Shown: positions 1 to 10,115 of the stretch, piece after piece
Position numbering within the stretch: the stretch's first letter is position 1
Layout of the letters: each line of letters opens with the position of its first letter
IMG/VR virus record: IMGVR_UViG_3300020045_004115
Coordinates: 1-38,619 of that record
Source: a virus
Lineage: Duplodnaviria > Caudoviricetes
Direction: 5' to 3' (one strand)
DNA: 38,619 nucleotides
Translations under genes and position numbers: made by a program
Notes under the pieces: model-generated
The model's input: only the letters and a program-made list of their open reading frames with translations
Told to the model about the DNA's origin: nothing
The model's database searches: none

Positions 1-121
1 CCGGTGTAACAATAGAAGCAAGTTTTTTGCGAGCCTCTGATTTGTCATTTCCTTCTGCTGCTTCTAACTTCTCATAAATACTGTACGCTTTCTTCATTGA
101 AAGGTTGCCATTTTCGTCTGT
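1..121. repeat. 121-bp exact direct copy of 37182-37302 (inside scaffold gene); chimeric junction
   Basis: Base-by-base identity ccggtgtaac...ttttcgtctgt, then tgggcgga (121-128) vs ttggcgag (37302-37309). Confidence 0.95.
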
Positions 122-660
122 GGGCGGATAATCTTTACTGTAATGTCATTCGTTGTAATATCAAAGCCCATCTTAGCTACTCCGAGATAATACATTGCCC
201 AGTATCTAACAGCTTGTTTAACCTTGAGTTTCATCTTGAGAATATCTGCTTGATATGCAAGCATTTTCTGTGTATCCGAAGCTAGCTTCTCTCCCTCTGG
301 TGTATTGTCGGACGTTACAACAGGCTCAGGACGCTTAGATGTTGCAATAGGTAAAAATGTTTCAAGTGCCTGAAACATCAAATTATCAACCAACGGTCGC
401 TTTTGTGCTGTAAGTTCATCAGAGTACTGTTTCCCTAACCAGTAGTCCTCATTTATCTGTTGTTTTTCTGAAATCTCCTTCTGGTAGGGTTCGTAACGTG
501 CGATCCATTTCTTAGAGAGTTTAATCAGCTCTTCGTCAGAAAGGTCTAATTTAAGTTCCGGCAAGAGTGGAGAAACTACACCTTGTTCAAGTGTTTGTTC
601 TGCGTCTTTGACTTTGTTTATATTTGCTCCCAGTGAGAGCACTCCATCTAAAAGACCCAT
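94..660 (-). CDS. Portal protein, N-terminal part, truncated at the chimeric junction near 122
   Basis: Follows TerL; NEDYWLGKQY, DNLMFQALETFLP..T..RPEP and YYLGVAK are portal-like. The last residues TKMATFQ are out-of-frame scaffold sequence. Confidence 0.8.
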   Translation of the reverse strand: MGLLDGVLSLGANINKVKDAEQTLEQGVVSPLLPELKLDLSDEELIKLSKKWIARYEPYQKEISEKQQINEDYWLGKQYSDELTAQKRPLVDNLMFQALETFLPIATSKRPEPVVTSDNTPEGEKLASDTQKMLAYQADILKMKLKVKQAVRYWAMYYLGVAKMGFDITTNDITVKIIRPQTKMATFQ

Positions 661-777
661 AAGAAATAAAAAAAGCGAGCTGCTAGGCCCAACCCACTAC
701 GTACTTATGCTTGTACGAAGCGTATGAGTTGAACTTAGAAGCCCGCCTAATGTTTAGGTAAGGACGATTTAATTATA
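661..777 (-). promoter_or_regulatory. Extended -10 promoter plus structured leader/attenuator upstream of portal
   Basis: TGA-TATAAT at 780-772; long hairpin 746-675 followed by U7 (674-668); small competing hairpin CCUA/UAGG abuts its 5' arm. Confidence 0.6.
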
Positions 778-996
778 TCACACTTTTGCTCTGTATACCT
801 TTTTTTGTATCTCAATCTCCATCATCTTACCATCTGAGTTGAAAGATAGGATAGCTTTTCCGTTCTTAGTATCGAACACTCCGCCGTCGATTATCTCTTT
901 TAATTCGATGTAATACTTTTGAAACACTAAAAGTCTCTGTGCGTCAAGAGCTGTCAAGAGTACGTTAACTTCTCTAGCTTCTCCAGTCGTCTGCAT
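778..996 (-). CDS. Hypothetical protein between TerL and portal
   Basis: ORF track 778..1005; ATG at 996 in the genome's typical ctATG context; overlaps the TerL stop. Confidence 0.65.
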   Translation of the reverse strand: MQTTGEAREVNVLLTALDAQRLLVFQKYYIELKEIIDGGVFDTKNGKAILSFNSDGKMMEIEIQKKVYRAKV

Positions 997-3487
997 AGGT
1001 GTCAAAGTTATGCTGTGGGGCTGGCATACCGCTTAATGAATCAAAGCCTGGCTTACCTGGAATAGAAATCTGTTTACCGAATATCTCTGCGTTACCTATT
1101 CCGAATCTATCCATGCCACATCTCCAATAAGCAAGCGCAAGTACGAAATCATCGCGATCAGAGCGTAGCCATTTATATTTAATTCTTCCTTGCGCGTCTT
1201 CTTCTGCTACTCGATAGATATGACTGAAGTGAGTCCAAAGCGGCATCCAGTCCTCTTTTGTGCCTTGTAGCGCAATTCTCTTGTCTCCTAACTCATCAAT
1301 GACTAATTGAAGTAATCTATTTCGATCCGCAATAACTCGTCCAGCTTCATCATTCTCACCCCAGCGGATAATCTGCATCGACTTCTTGTCTTCTTGAAAG
1401 AAACAAAGGAAAACTCTACCCGGGTATTTTTCTCTTAACTTACGAGGACCGATAATATCTCCTCCTTGGTCAATAACCATTACAGAGGTTGGCCAACGCT
1501 TTAAGAACTCTTCTAAGTCAGAATAGTCTTTACACTCTCCCATGTAAAATACTGAATCCTTATTCCCGATAACGTAGCGAATATCAACTCCGGTATCAAC
1601 TCCAATAACGATCTTCCCGTCCTGCATGTTTACCTTATCAGTGAGATTACGCCAAATAAAGTCTTCTGTTACCTTGTTTCCTCCTCCAACGTATGGAAGC
1701 CCTAGAACTTTGTTTGTGAAGTATTCTTCCGATTTGGTTTCTTTATAGCCGATGATTTCCTTCGCAGAAACCCGTGGACATATAAGAAGTGGAATCCAAT
1801 ATCCTGATAACGGACGGTTCTTGTATTTTTGTACCCAGCGACCGCGTCTTCTAACATCATCAGTAACCTCTTCGTTGCAGGCTTTGCACACATATATCTC
1901 TCGTTCTAAATCAATGGACTCAGGCCAGCTTATGTATTGCTCTTTCTTGCAGTGTTCACATGTAATAAACCAATGCTTCTGGTCGGATCTGTCCCAATGC
2001 TTAGATACTCCATTTCCTGGCACGGAGGGATGAGAGAAGTACCATTGTCTTTTAAGTTTAGAGTGCTGTAGACGTGTAGCGTAGCCCTCGATAACCTCTT
2101 GATTACTCGCATCTACTTCATCATAAGCATTTAGATCAGACGAAACCATCATTGCGGCTTTCTGTGAAAACGTACCACGATAGTAAACAATGTTATCTCC
2201 TACGGTCTTTTGTTCTACAGTGTCTTTTTCCTTTACCCATTCTTGATAAATAGGATTCTGCGCAATGATACGATTTGTTTTACCTCCTGCGAACTGACGC
2301 ATGTCCTCGTTTGTAGGAAGCGTATTGCCTGTCCAATAACATCTACCGCCACGTCTAGCATAAAATGTGCCTTGTGGAGTTCTCGGACACCACACTTTTA
2401 TTCTTTCCAATGAAACACTTGGTTTCAACTCGCGCGTATAAACCTCTCCAAACTGAGTCATTCTTATGGTGTAAGCACCGTTTTTCCCAGGCTTAATTAC
2501 ACTAGGTACATAACCACCAAGCACAGCTATCATCGTTATGATGTCAACGCAGTCCTTATCTTTTTGAGCAATCGCTAACGTACCTGAGCTATCAATCCAA
2601 CCATCTCCTCTAACAAATGTTTCTATAAAAATTTTGCACTGTCCGCTTGTAAGTCTAGCAGCAAAGTCGGCTGTCGGCACTTTATTCGGAAAATCATTTT
2701 TAATTTTTTTACCCAGCTCAAATGCAAACCTAAAATTTATCATCCCATGATGACCGCTGTATTCTTTCCAGTGAGTGTTGTTTGACCTGAGTAACGAACG
2801 AATTTCTTCACAGTTTTCCTGATTAACTGTTGCTGATTGAGAAATTATAATTGAGCTATCTTTCTTATTCTTTTGTTTACAGTAATAGCCCTCAGAAAAT
2901 ATCCATGCCAATAACGCCACGTACTCATCAGAAAAATACTTCTTAACCGTTGGATTATTTGGTGCTTTCTTAGGAATATACCTACAAACATTACTTAGAT
3001 CCTTTGATTCAAGGAACTCTAGCTTATTTCCTAAGTTTTTAACTAGCCAGCGATGATTATCCGTGGTTACTGCATCAAAGTTTCTCCCCTTAAACCTATA
3101 TACAGTTGTTTCAACTTCTTTTATGAAAACCTCTTCTACTTTTGTCCAACGCGCAACCCCATCCATGCCTAATGTTAGAAGCTCGTCGTCGAGTGTCAAG
3201 TCTACTCCGTTAACAAATCCTCTTTTAGTTAGAGCTTCAGTTTCTAAATCTACACAGTAAATAATATCAATCTTCTTGTTCTTTGCGATAAAGAGTACTG
3301 CAAGAATAGCTGAGAGAGAAAAACCAATCTGTGCGCCTTTGTAAGCCACTACGTCGCGTTCTAACGATACTAAATCACTTAGTACATCAAACATGTATGG
3401 GTGGTCTCTGAAATCAACGGGGACTCCTGATTCCGTTTTTATTCCATACTTCTGTATGTGTGCGTGTATTGAAAGATTCTCTAACAT
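974..3487 (-). CDS. terL: Terminase large subunit (lambda gpA-like) with intein
   Basis: KGAQIGFS P-loop-like motif, AYDEVD Walker B, FSHPSVPG, CEHC/CKAC zinc motif, VIGVDTG nuclease motif. ATG 3487 overlaps the upstream TAA (TAATG). Confidence 0.9.
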   Translation of the reverse strand: MLENLSIHAHIQKYGIKTESGVPVDFRDHPYMFDVLSDLVSLERDVVAYKGAQIGFSLSAILAVLFIAKNKKIDIIYCVDLETEALTKRGFVNGVDLTLDDELLTLGMDGVARWTKVEEVFIKEVETTVYRFKGRNFDAVTTDNHRWLVKNLGNKLEFLESKDLSNVCRYIPKKAPNNPTVKKYFSDEYVALLAWIFSEGYYCKQKNKKDSSIIISQSATVNQENCEEIRSLLRSNNTHWKEYSGHHGMINFRFAFELGKKIKNDFPNKVPTADFAARLTSGQCKIFIETFVRGDGWIDSSGTLAIAQKDKDCVDIITMIAVLGGYVPSVIKPGKNGAYTIRMTQFGEVYTRELKPSVSLERIKVWCPRTPQGTFYARRGGRCYWTGNTLPTNEDMRQFAGGKTNRIIAQNPIYQEWVKEKDTVEQKTVGDNIVYYRGTFSQKAAMMVSSDLNAYDEVDASNQEVIEGYATRLQHSKLKRQWYFSHPSVPGNGVSKHWDRSDQKHWFITCEHCKKEQYISWPESIDLEREIYVCKACNEEVTDDVRRRGRWVQKYKNRPLSGYWIPLLICPRVSAKEIIGYKETKSEEYFTNKVLGLPYVGGGNKVTEDFIWRNLTDKVNMQDGKIVIGVDTGVDIRYVIGNKDSVFYMGECKDYSDLEEFLKRWPTSVMVIDQGGDIIGPRKLREKYPGRVFLCFFQEDKKSMQIIRWGENDEAGRVIADRNRLLQLVIDELGDKRIALQGTKEDWMPLWTHFSHIYRVAEEDAQGRIKYKWLRSDRDDFVLALAYWRCGMDRFGIGNAEIFGKQISIPGKPGFDSLSGMPAPQHNFDTYADDWRS
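2324..3256 (-). mobile_element. Intein (311 aa) with LAGLIDADG homing endonuclease in TerL
   Basis: IIY|CVDLETEALT start, TTDNHRW block B, LLAWIFSEG and FVRGDG LAGLIDADG motifs, WTGN|TLPT end. Confidence 0.92.
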
Positions 3488-3705
3488 TACCAAGCAATTA
3501 TGTCTTCGCCTATTCTTAGGCGGTATGTATTTATTTCTCTTCCATTATCTTTTGTTCCGTCTTCGTAAAGATAAAGCCCGCCAAGAGAACCGGTGCACTT
3601 ATTACCTTTATTACAAGCATTCATTACTTTTACTTCGGCTTTTTCTATGTCGATGTTGCCGAACTGTCTCTCCACTTCTTCAATTGAATTGAATCCGTAA
3701 AACAT
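3487..3705 (-). CDS. Hypothetical protein
   Basis: ORF tightly coupled between TerS and TerL. Confidence 0.65.
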   Translation of the reverse strand: MFYGFNSIEEVERQFGNIDIEKAEVKVMNACNKGNKCTGSLGGLYLYEDGTKDNGREINTYRLRIGEDIIAW

Positions 3706-3707
3706 AC

Positions 3708-4175
3708 TTACTTAGTTATACGTCCTCTAAGTTTAGCTTCGTATTCTTTTACTAAGTCATCATTCTCTCCTGACAAGACTACATGCTCTTGTGGGCCTCC
3801 ATCCTTTCCTGTGTTCTCTGTTCTAGTTGAGTAGCCCTCATCTTTTCCTTGGGTTGAGGCAATGAATTTAGCTGCGTCTAGCTTTACTCTATGAAGTGCA
3901 GAATCTGGGTTTCCAAATTCGTCTATTGGTATTATTTCAAGTGTTTCATCGAGTACCTTTTCAGCCTTTGACAGAAGGTTGAGTCTCCTAACCTTATCTT
4001 TGAACCATTCTGTTGTAGTTATTTGGTTTGCGTACTCTGGTTCATAGCCTGCTTTTATTGCAGATTGTAAACCATTTCCAAAGGTTTCTGACTTAGGGCT
4101 TGCGTAAAGTTCCCAACAGAGTTTCTGTCGTGGATCTAAGACCCATTGATTTGCTCCATTGGGGTTTGTTGCCAT
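3708..4175 (-). CDS. terS: Terminase small subunit
   Basis: RQ.L....Y..P.SETFGNGLQSAIKAGY HTH motif, TGKDGGP tail, position upstream of TerL. Confidence 0.82.
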   Translation of the reverse strand: MATNPNGANQWVLDPRQKLCWELYASPKSETFGNGLQSAIKAGYEPEYANQITTTEWFKDKVRRLNLLSKAEKVLDETLEIIPIDEFGNPDSALHRVKLDAAKFIASTQGKDEGYSTRTENTGKDGGPQEHVVLSGENDDLVKEYEAKLRGRITK

Positions 4176-4176
4176 A

Positions 4177-4338
4177 TTATTCAAATAAAGCTCCGAGGAA
4201 TCCTGCCACGAAAGCTAGGGTAAAAGCTAACGCCATGAGAGAGACATAAATTACTCCCACTACAAAAGCAGTCTTCTCGTACCATCTGTTGAGTGTCCAT
4301 TCGTTCTTGTGGCGTTCTTCGTTGTATAAGAATTTCAT
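4177..4338 (-). CDS. Small membrane protein (53 aa)
   Basis: Read by hand: MKFLYNEERHK...AFVVGVIYVSLMALAFTLAFVAGFLGALFE; coupled to both neighbours. Confidence 0.65.
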   Translation of the reverse strand: MKFLYNEERHKNEWTLNRWYEKTAFVVGVIYVSLMALAFTLAFVAGFLGALFE

Positions 4339-4586
4339 AGTTTTGCTAAAATGTCTGTCTCTTCTAAAATAAGATACTTAATGTTTTCAATCTCTACTTC
4401 ATCAGGGGCGTACTTCTTGAAGATGATGGTATCCCCTTCCTTAACGTACTTACACGCTTCTCCAGCGTATTTAACGGTTCCTTTGATAGGTTTGTCAGTA
4501 GGGGAGTGGGAGAGGATGAAACCTGATGCGGTTGTTTCTTTCTTTTCTTCTCGCTCTACTACTACGAAATTATGGAGTGGGGTCAT
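4335..4586 (-). CDS. groES: Co-chaperonin GroES (Cpn10)
   Basis: PLHNFVVVE, ETTASGFIL mobile loop, VKEGDTIIFKKY, YLILEETDILA. Confidence 0.93.
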   Translation of the reverse strand: MTPLHNFVVVEREEKKETTASGFILSHSPTDKPIKGTVKYAGEACKYVKEGDTIIFKKYAPDEVEIENIKYLILEETDILAKL

Positions 4587-4849
4587 ATGGTAAAATAGGT
4601 TATTTTGTCGATTGAAAGCACCCCAAGTTTTTTAATAATCTTTTCCTCTTTCTCGTGTCTTTCTGTAAGAGATAATTTTGGCTCGCAGTCTTGGTGATAT
4701 TGAAAAAAAACTAAATAGTTTGCATCTGGGTCGTCGTGTACTGTAAGGCTTTGTGTGGTTACATCTTCAACAAGAATCCCGCAGGTTATACAGCGCAAAC
4801 ATTCTGGGACATCCTCTGTCTGAGGTGTTTTTGGAACAAATGTAATCAT
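4583..4849 (-). CDS. Hypothetical protein, possible zinc-binding
   Basis: CITCG and HQDC motifs; ATGA overlaps. Confidence 0.6.
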   Translation of the reverse strand: MITFVPKTPQTEDVPECLRCITCGILVEDVTTQSLTVHDDPDANYLVFFQYHQDCEPKLSLTERHEKEEKIIKKLGVLSIDKITYFTI

Positions 4850-5010
4850 ACGGTTTCTTCTTTGGCTTCTGGTGTCACTTCTCCGGGTTCAACTTTCTCA
4901 GCCTCGACACATTCTTTACAGGTAACGTGGAAGTTACCAAAATCAATCTGGCCTTCTTTTCTGTCCCATTCCTTATCGCACTTGTCGCAATATAAAGTTA
5001 GTTTAATCAT
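4846..5010 (-). CDS. Small zinc-ribbon protein (54 aa)
   Basis: Read by hand: MIKLTLYCDKCDKEW...TCKECVEAEK; ATGA overlaps on both sides. Confidence 0.65.
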   Translation of the reverse strand: MIKLTLYCDKCDKEWDRKEGQIDFGNFHVTCKECVEAEKVEPGEVTPEAKEETV

Positions 5011-5339
5011 AGTCCTTGTTGTTTACGGTCTTCTGCTAATAATTCTTTTACTTCTAATTCGGCTTGTTGTTTACGATATTTCATCTGGCCGGCTTCTTTC
5101 ATCGCATCTATTCCGGCAGTTCCAAACATCTTCAAATAGTTTCCGTGTTCTTTTGTAAATGGTTGTGTCCAGTCTCGTCGATGATCCCGCATATACTGTT
5201 TATCATCAATTCCACCTCCAACTTTGTTATAGTATACATGTTTACCACAATTTGTGCATACCTCTTTTAAGATGTCTTCGTTATTGATAACGGTTTCAAA
5301 GTCACAATAGATATTCTTTTTACATAGGTAGTGATCCAT
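5007..5339 (-). CDS. Hypothetical protein with CxxC
   Basis: ORF track; probable ATG 5339 after TAAT; CTNCG motif. Confidence 0.65.
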   Translation of the reverse strand: MDHYLCKKNIYCDFETVINNEDILKEVCTNCGKHVYYNKVGGGIDDKQYMRDHRRDWTQPFTKEHGNYLKMFGTAGIDAMKEAGQMKYRKQQAELEVKELLAEDRKQQGL

Positions 5340-5340
5340 A

Positions 5341-5535
5341 TTACTTAAAGAACGTGTTAAAGACATCTTCACCCTCTGGTGGTGGTTCGATGATGTCGCC
5401 TTTGTCTATATCAAGTTTGTTGGTTAAACCTCTCACACGGCCTTGTATAGTCGCGGGAGCGATGTTAAAGACTGCTACCGTTACAAGAATTAGAGTTGCT
5501 ATTGCAAGCCCGACGAGAAGCCCGAGTATAAACAT
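5341..5535 (-). CDS. Membrane-anchored hypothetical protein
   Basis: ATG 5535 one base after the GroEL stop; N-terminal hydrophobic helix MFILGLLVGLAIATLILVTVAVF. Confidence 0.65.
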   Translation of the reverse strand: MFILGLLVGLAIATLILVTVAVFNIAPATIQGRVRGLTNKLDIDKGDIIEPPPEGEDVFNTFFK

Positions 5536-5536
5536 A

Positions 5537-7308
<1,772 letters not shown>

Positions 7309-7351
7309 GAAGATATTATACTCTTTTTTTCTTATCTCGTCCTGTGGATAA
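7309..7351 (-). promoter_or_regulatory. Leftward promoter giving a probable leaderless mRNA, with a perfect DnaA box
   Basis: TATAAT (7320-7315) is 6 nt from ATG 7308; TTATCCACA at 7351-7343. Confidence 0.6.
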
Positions 7352-7415
7352 ACTTTTCTGATATACTTAATCCCTATTCACACGGCTATCAAAGGACTGT
7401 GTAAATAACTGCAAG

Positions 7416-7445
7416 AAAGCACTGAGCATACGCGGTGCTTTTTTG
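7416..7445 (+). terminator. Intrinsic terminator
   Basis: aaagcactg / cggtgcttt stem followed by a T run. Confidence 0.7.
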
Positions 7446-7449
7446 TTAC

Positions 7450-7478
7450 TTGAAATTTTAGTATTTATGTGCTATGAT
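7450..7478 (+). promoter_or_regulatory. Sigma70-type promoter for the replication operon
   Basis: TTGAAA-17 nt-TATGAT with extended TG. Confidence 0.7.
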
Positions 7479-7484
7479 GTTTTA

Positions 7485-7618
7485 GTCCTCCTGATAAAGG
7501 ACGTGAAAGCAACTAGACATTAAAGATCCTGTTTCATAGTTCACCCACTTATGCCCACGGGCAGCCGACTAGTTGCGGTTATCAGTTGGTGAGGTGGGCT
7601 ATGAAGTGGGATTTTTTT
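7485..7618 (+). ncRNA. Structured leader/attenuator RNA upstream of the replication initiator
   Basis: 21-bp stem 7525-7545/7593-7613 plus U run; upstream CTGATAA and GCAACTAG match TTATCAG and CTAGTTGC inside it. Confidence 0.65.
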
Positions 7619-7631
7619 GTACGATCTTTAT

Positions 7632-8441
7632 ATGACAATAGGATGGGTTCGGCTACATCGAAAAATTTTAGAGAGTTCACTGTTTCAAAACCACAACGCT
7701 TTTATAGTATTTAGTGCGTGCCTCATGTTAGCGTCCCATGAAAAAAAGAAGTTCCCATTTAATGGCTCCGATGTTGAAATCGAACCAGGGGAGTTTATAA
7801 CGGGAATATACAGACTAGCAGAACAAACGTGTCTGTCACCAAGAAAGGTAAGAACTGCGCTTGACTACCTAAAAACGACAAGCAGATTGACAATCAAAAC
7901 AAGCAACAAATTTAGCTTAGTTAAGATAAATAAGTGGGTAGAGTATCAGACAAACGACAAGCAGTCTGACAAACAAATGACAAACAAACGACAAACAAAT
8001 GACTACAATCAAGAATTAAAAGAATTAAAGAATTATAATTCAGTGGCAGAAGCCACAAACCTAATTCAAATCGGACTAGAGAAATTCCCTATGGAAGAAC
8101 TAACCTACGAACCTGAGTTTACTAAAAAGAAAAAGTCCAAGCACGGAAGCCAGACAATGGCGCAACTAGTTAGAAGCTACGCAGACATAACAGGGGTTGA
8201 GATTAGAGGCACTTTCGATGGCGGCCCGTGGGCAACCTCGCTATCAACGATGTACCAATACTTCGGAAAAGACTTTGACAAAACAGTAAGCTACTTGAAA
8301 CGCGCAGTGACATTTTATAAAAGTATAAACCGATCATTCTCAATCAATACTTTACAGAACGTCCCTGACATCGAACGATTGATAAAGGAGCAGGCCAACG
8401 AATCAGATGAAAAATTTAATTCAGGAATTTACGATAACTAA
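7632..8441 (+). CDS. Phage replication initiator (replisome organizer type)
   Basis: GWVRLHRKI N-terminus, HTH region (LAEQTCLSPRKVRTAL..L), internal iterons, helicase downstream. Confidence 0.8.
   Translation: MTIGWVRLHRKILESSLFQNHNAFIVFSACLMLASHEKKKFPFNGSDVEIEPGEFITGIYRLAEQTCLSPRKVRTALDYLKTTSRLTIKTSNKFSLVKINKWVEYQTNDKQSDKQMTNKRQTNDYNQELKELKNYNSVAEATNLIQIGLEKFPMEELTYEPEFTKKKKSKHGSQTMAQLVRSYADITGVEIRGTFDGGPWATSLSTMYQYFGKDFDKTVSYLKRAVTFYKSINRSFSINTLQNVPDIERLIKEQANESDEKFNSGIYDN
7952..8040 (+). repeat. Iteron-like repeats and AT-rich unwinding region: putative replication origin
   Basis: GACAAACAAA(T/C) x3 in tandem (7968-8000), AAGAATTA x3 (8011-8035); AAACGACAAGCAG also at 7873. Confidence 0.7.
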
Positions 8442-8443
8442 CT

Positions 8444-9337
8444 ATGAGCAAGTACTTAGAAGAATCACTTAAGCAAGGACGTGACTACGATCAAATTACA
8501 CCACTCTCGCTTTATTCGTACGAAGACCTGCTGTTAAAACTTCGTGTGGAGCCTAAAACAGCGTCTGTGAGCGTTGGAAACGACGAACTTGATGAAGTAC
8601 TCGGAGGACTAGAGAGAGGCCGCTTATACGTCCTTTCAGCCCCTACCAAGCAAGGAAAGACAACCCTTGCTCAAACCATGATGTTTGATATGTCAAAAAA
8701 GAATATCGGATCATTGTTTTTCTCCTACGAAATGGGCTGGCAAGAGGTAACCAAGAAATTTATGTCGATGGACGGACTACAAGCACCGACAGGCACGCCA
8801 TCAAAACTCCCACTTTTTATGCCGCTTGAATTACATCGAGGCGGAGGAGACCTACAGTTTCAGTGGCTTTACGAGGCCATTGTGAAAGGTATGGCAGAAA
8901 ATAACGTACAGTTTGTAGTTATCGACCATCTTCACTTTCTTTTACCACTGAAAGACTACCAGAACACCTCTTTTCTTATTGGTGGAATTGTCCGCGAGAT
9001 CAAGCGCATGGCAGTAAACTTAAACATTCCGATAATGCTTATCACACACGTTCAGAAAATTAAAGACGACAAAGTCCCTGACTGGACAGATATTCGAGAC
9101 TCGTCGTTTATTACCCAAGAAGCAGATGTTGTTTTGATGATGTACCGCTTAAAAAATAAAGAGGCAGCGAAAAAAACCACAGACGATAATGATATGGACG
9201 TATATACAAAAAAAGCAATTCTATCTGTGGAGCTTGACCGCGTTAAAGGTGTAAGCCAAAAGATTAAACTATGGCACAACGGAACAAAGTTTGAGCCATA
9301 TAATAACCAAGACAAATATGAAACCGCTCGACGCTAA
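8444..9337 (+). CDS. DnaB-like replicative helicase (C-terminal ATPase domain only)
   Basis: LDEVLGG, APTKQGKTT Walker A, FSYEM, VVIDHLHF, IRDSSFITQEADVV. Confidence 0.9.
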   Translation: MSKYLEESLKQGRDYDQITPLSLYSYEDLLLKLRVEPKTASVSVGNDELDEVLGGLERGRLYVLSAPTKQGKTTLAQTMMFDMSKKNIGSLFFSYEMGWQEVTKKFMSMDGLQAPTGTPSKLPLFMPLELHRGGGDLQFQWLYEAIVKGMAENNVQFVVIDHLHFLLPLKDYQNTSFLIGGIVREIKRMAVNLNIPIMLITHVQKIKDDKVPDWTDIRDSSFITQEADVVLMMYRLKNKEAAKKTTDDNDMDVYTKKAILSVELDRVKGVSQKIKLWHNGTKFEPYNNQDKYETARR

Positions 9338-9626
9338 TATCTTAAAGTTCTACAAAGACCAACCAGAAATGCTTGCAGCAAGAAAACTTATCTTTGCTGA
9401 GTGTGTTGAGGGAATAATCAAAAAAGCTAGAAAGGTTATAACTCCTGTAACAGGGAACTACGGCAAGGACTCAACACTTCAGCTTTCCGAGTGGTCACGG
9501 GTAATGGACAAGCCATTTAATTCTGAGGAGATCGAGCAATATAATATTTGGCTCAAAAGATTCGACACGATGTATTCATACGGCATGCTTCCAGACATTG
9601 AGGACGTACAGGCTAAATATGCTTAA
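9318..9626 (+). CDS. Hypothetical protein
   Basis: ORF track; ATG 9318 in aaatATG context. Confidence 0.6.
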   Translation: MKPLDANILKFYKDQPEMLAARKLIFAECVEGIIKKARKVITPVTGNYGKDSTLQLSEWSRVMDKPFNSEEIEQYNIWLKRFDTMYSYGMLPDIEDVQAKYA

Positions 9627-9816
9627 AAAATATGTAAACCTAAGCTATTGCCCCGACTGTATCGGGAAGAAGTTAGCTACAGTAGTTTTTAACGAGGACG
9701 AAAGCTGGTATAGCCAGAATCAATCAGTTGTCGTTATAGACTGCGCGTGTGGTTATCAGTACGTTAAAAAAGGCTTTAATATTAAATTACAAGATAGACA
9801 AACCAAACTTATATGA
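9619..9816 (+). CDS. Small zinc-ribbon protein
   Basis: CPDC and CACG; overlaps neighbours. Confidence 0.6.
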   Translation: MLKKYVNLSYCPDCIGKKLATVVFNEDESWYSQNQSVVVIDCACGYQYVKKGFNIKLQDRQTKLI

Positions 9817-10115
9817 CAAAAATTGAAAAAGGCGCACAAATTGCAGAAAGATTACACATGTTCGGAACAATCAACATAAACATCTATCGTCTATACCACA
9901 ACTTTCTCTTGCCATTTGAATACACCAAGAAAGAGCAGTACATAAAATTTATGGAGAATGCGGAGAAGGAGCAGGATTGTGTACTTTTTTACTCAGACCT
10001 ACCAGAAGAAAACTTTATATTCGAGTATATTATTACAGGATCCAAGAAGGCCGAAAAAGAAGTTGAAGCTATGTGCATCTCAGCGTTTAATAGATTTTGT
10101 GAGGAAAATAAATAG
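9813..10115 (+). CDS. Hypothetical protein
   Basis: ORF with ATGA overlap. Confidence 0.6.
   Translation: MTKIEKGAQIAERLHMFGTININIYRLYHNFLLPFEYTKKEQYIKFMENAEKEQDCVLFYSDLPEENFIFEYIITGSKKAEKEVEAMCISAFNRFCEENK

Noticed and set aside
1-121. Direct terminal repeat or att site
   Set aside because: The second copy is internal (37182-37302), inside the scaffold gene, and the junction breaks the portal frame.
7491-7510. Hammerhead ribozyme (CTGATAA...GAAA)
   Set aside because: Core is CUGAUAA rather than CUGAnGA and stem II cannot form properly.
8161-8170. CGCAACTAGT as an extra target of the replication leader loop
   Set aside because: A single 10-nt match in coding DNA without the partner CTGATAA; compatible with chance.
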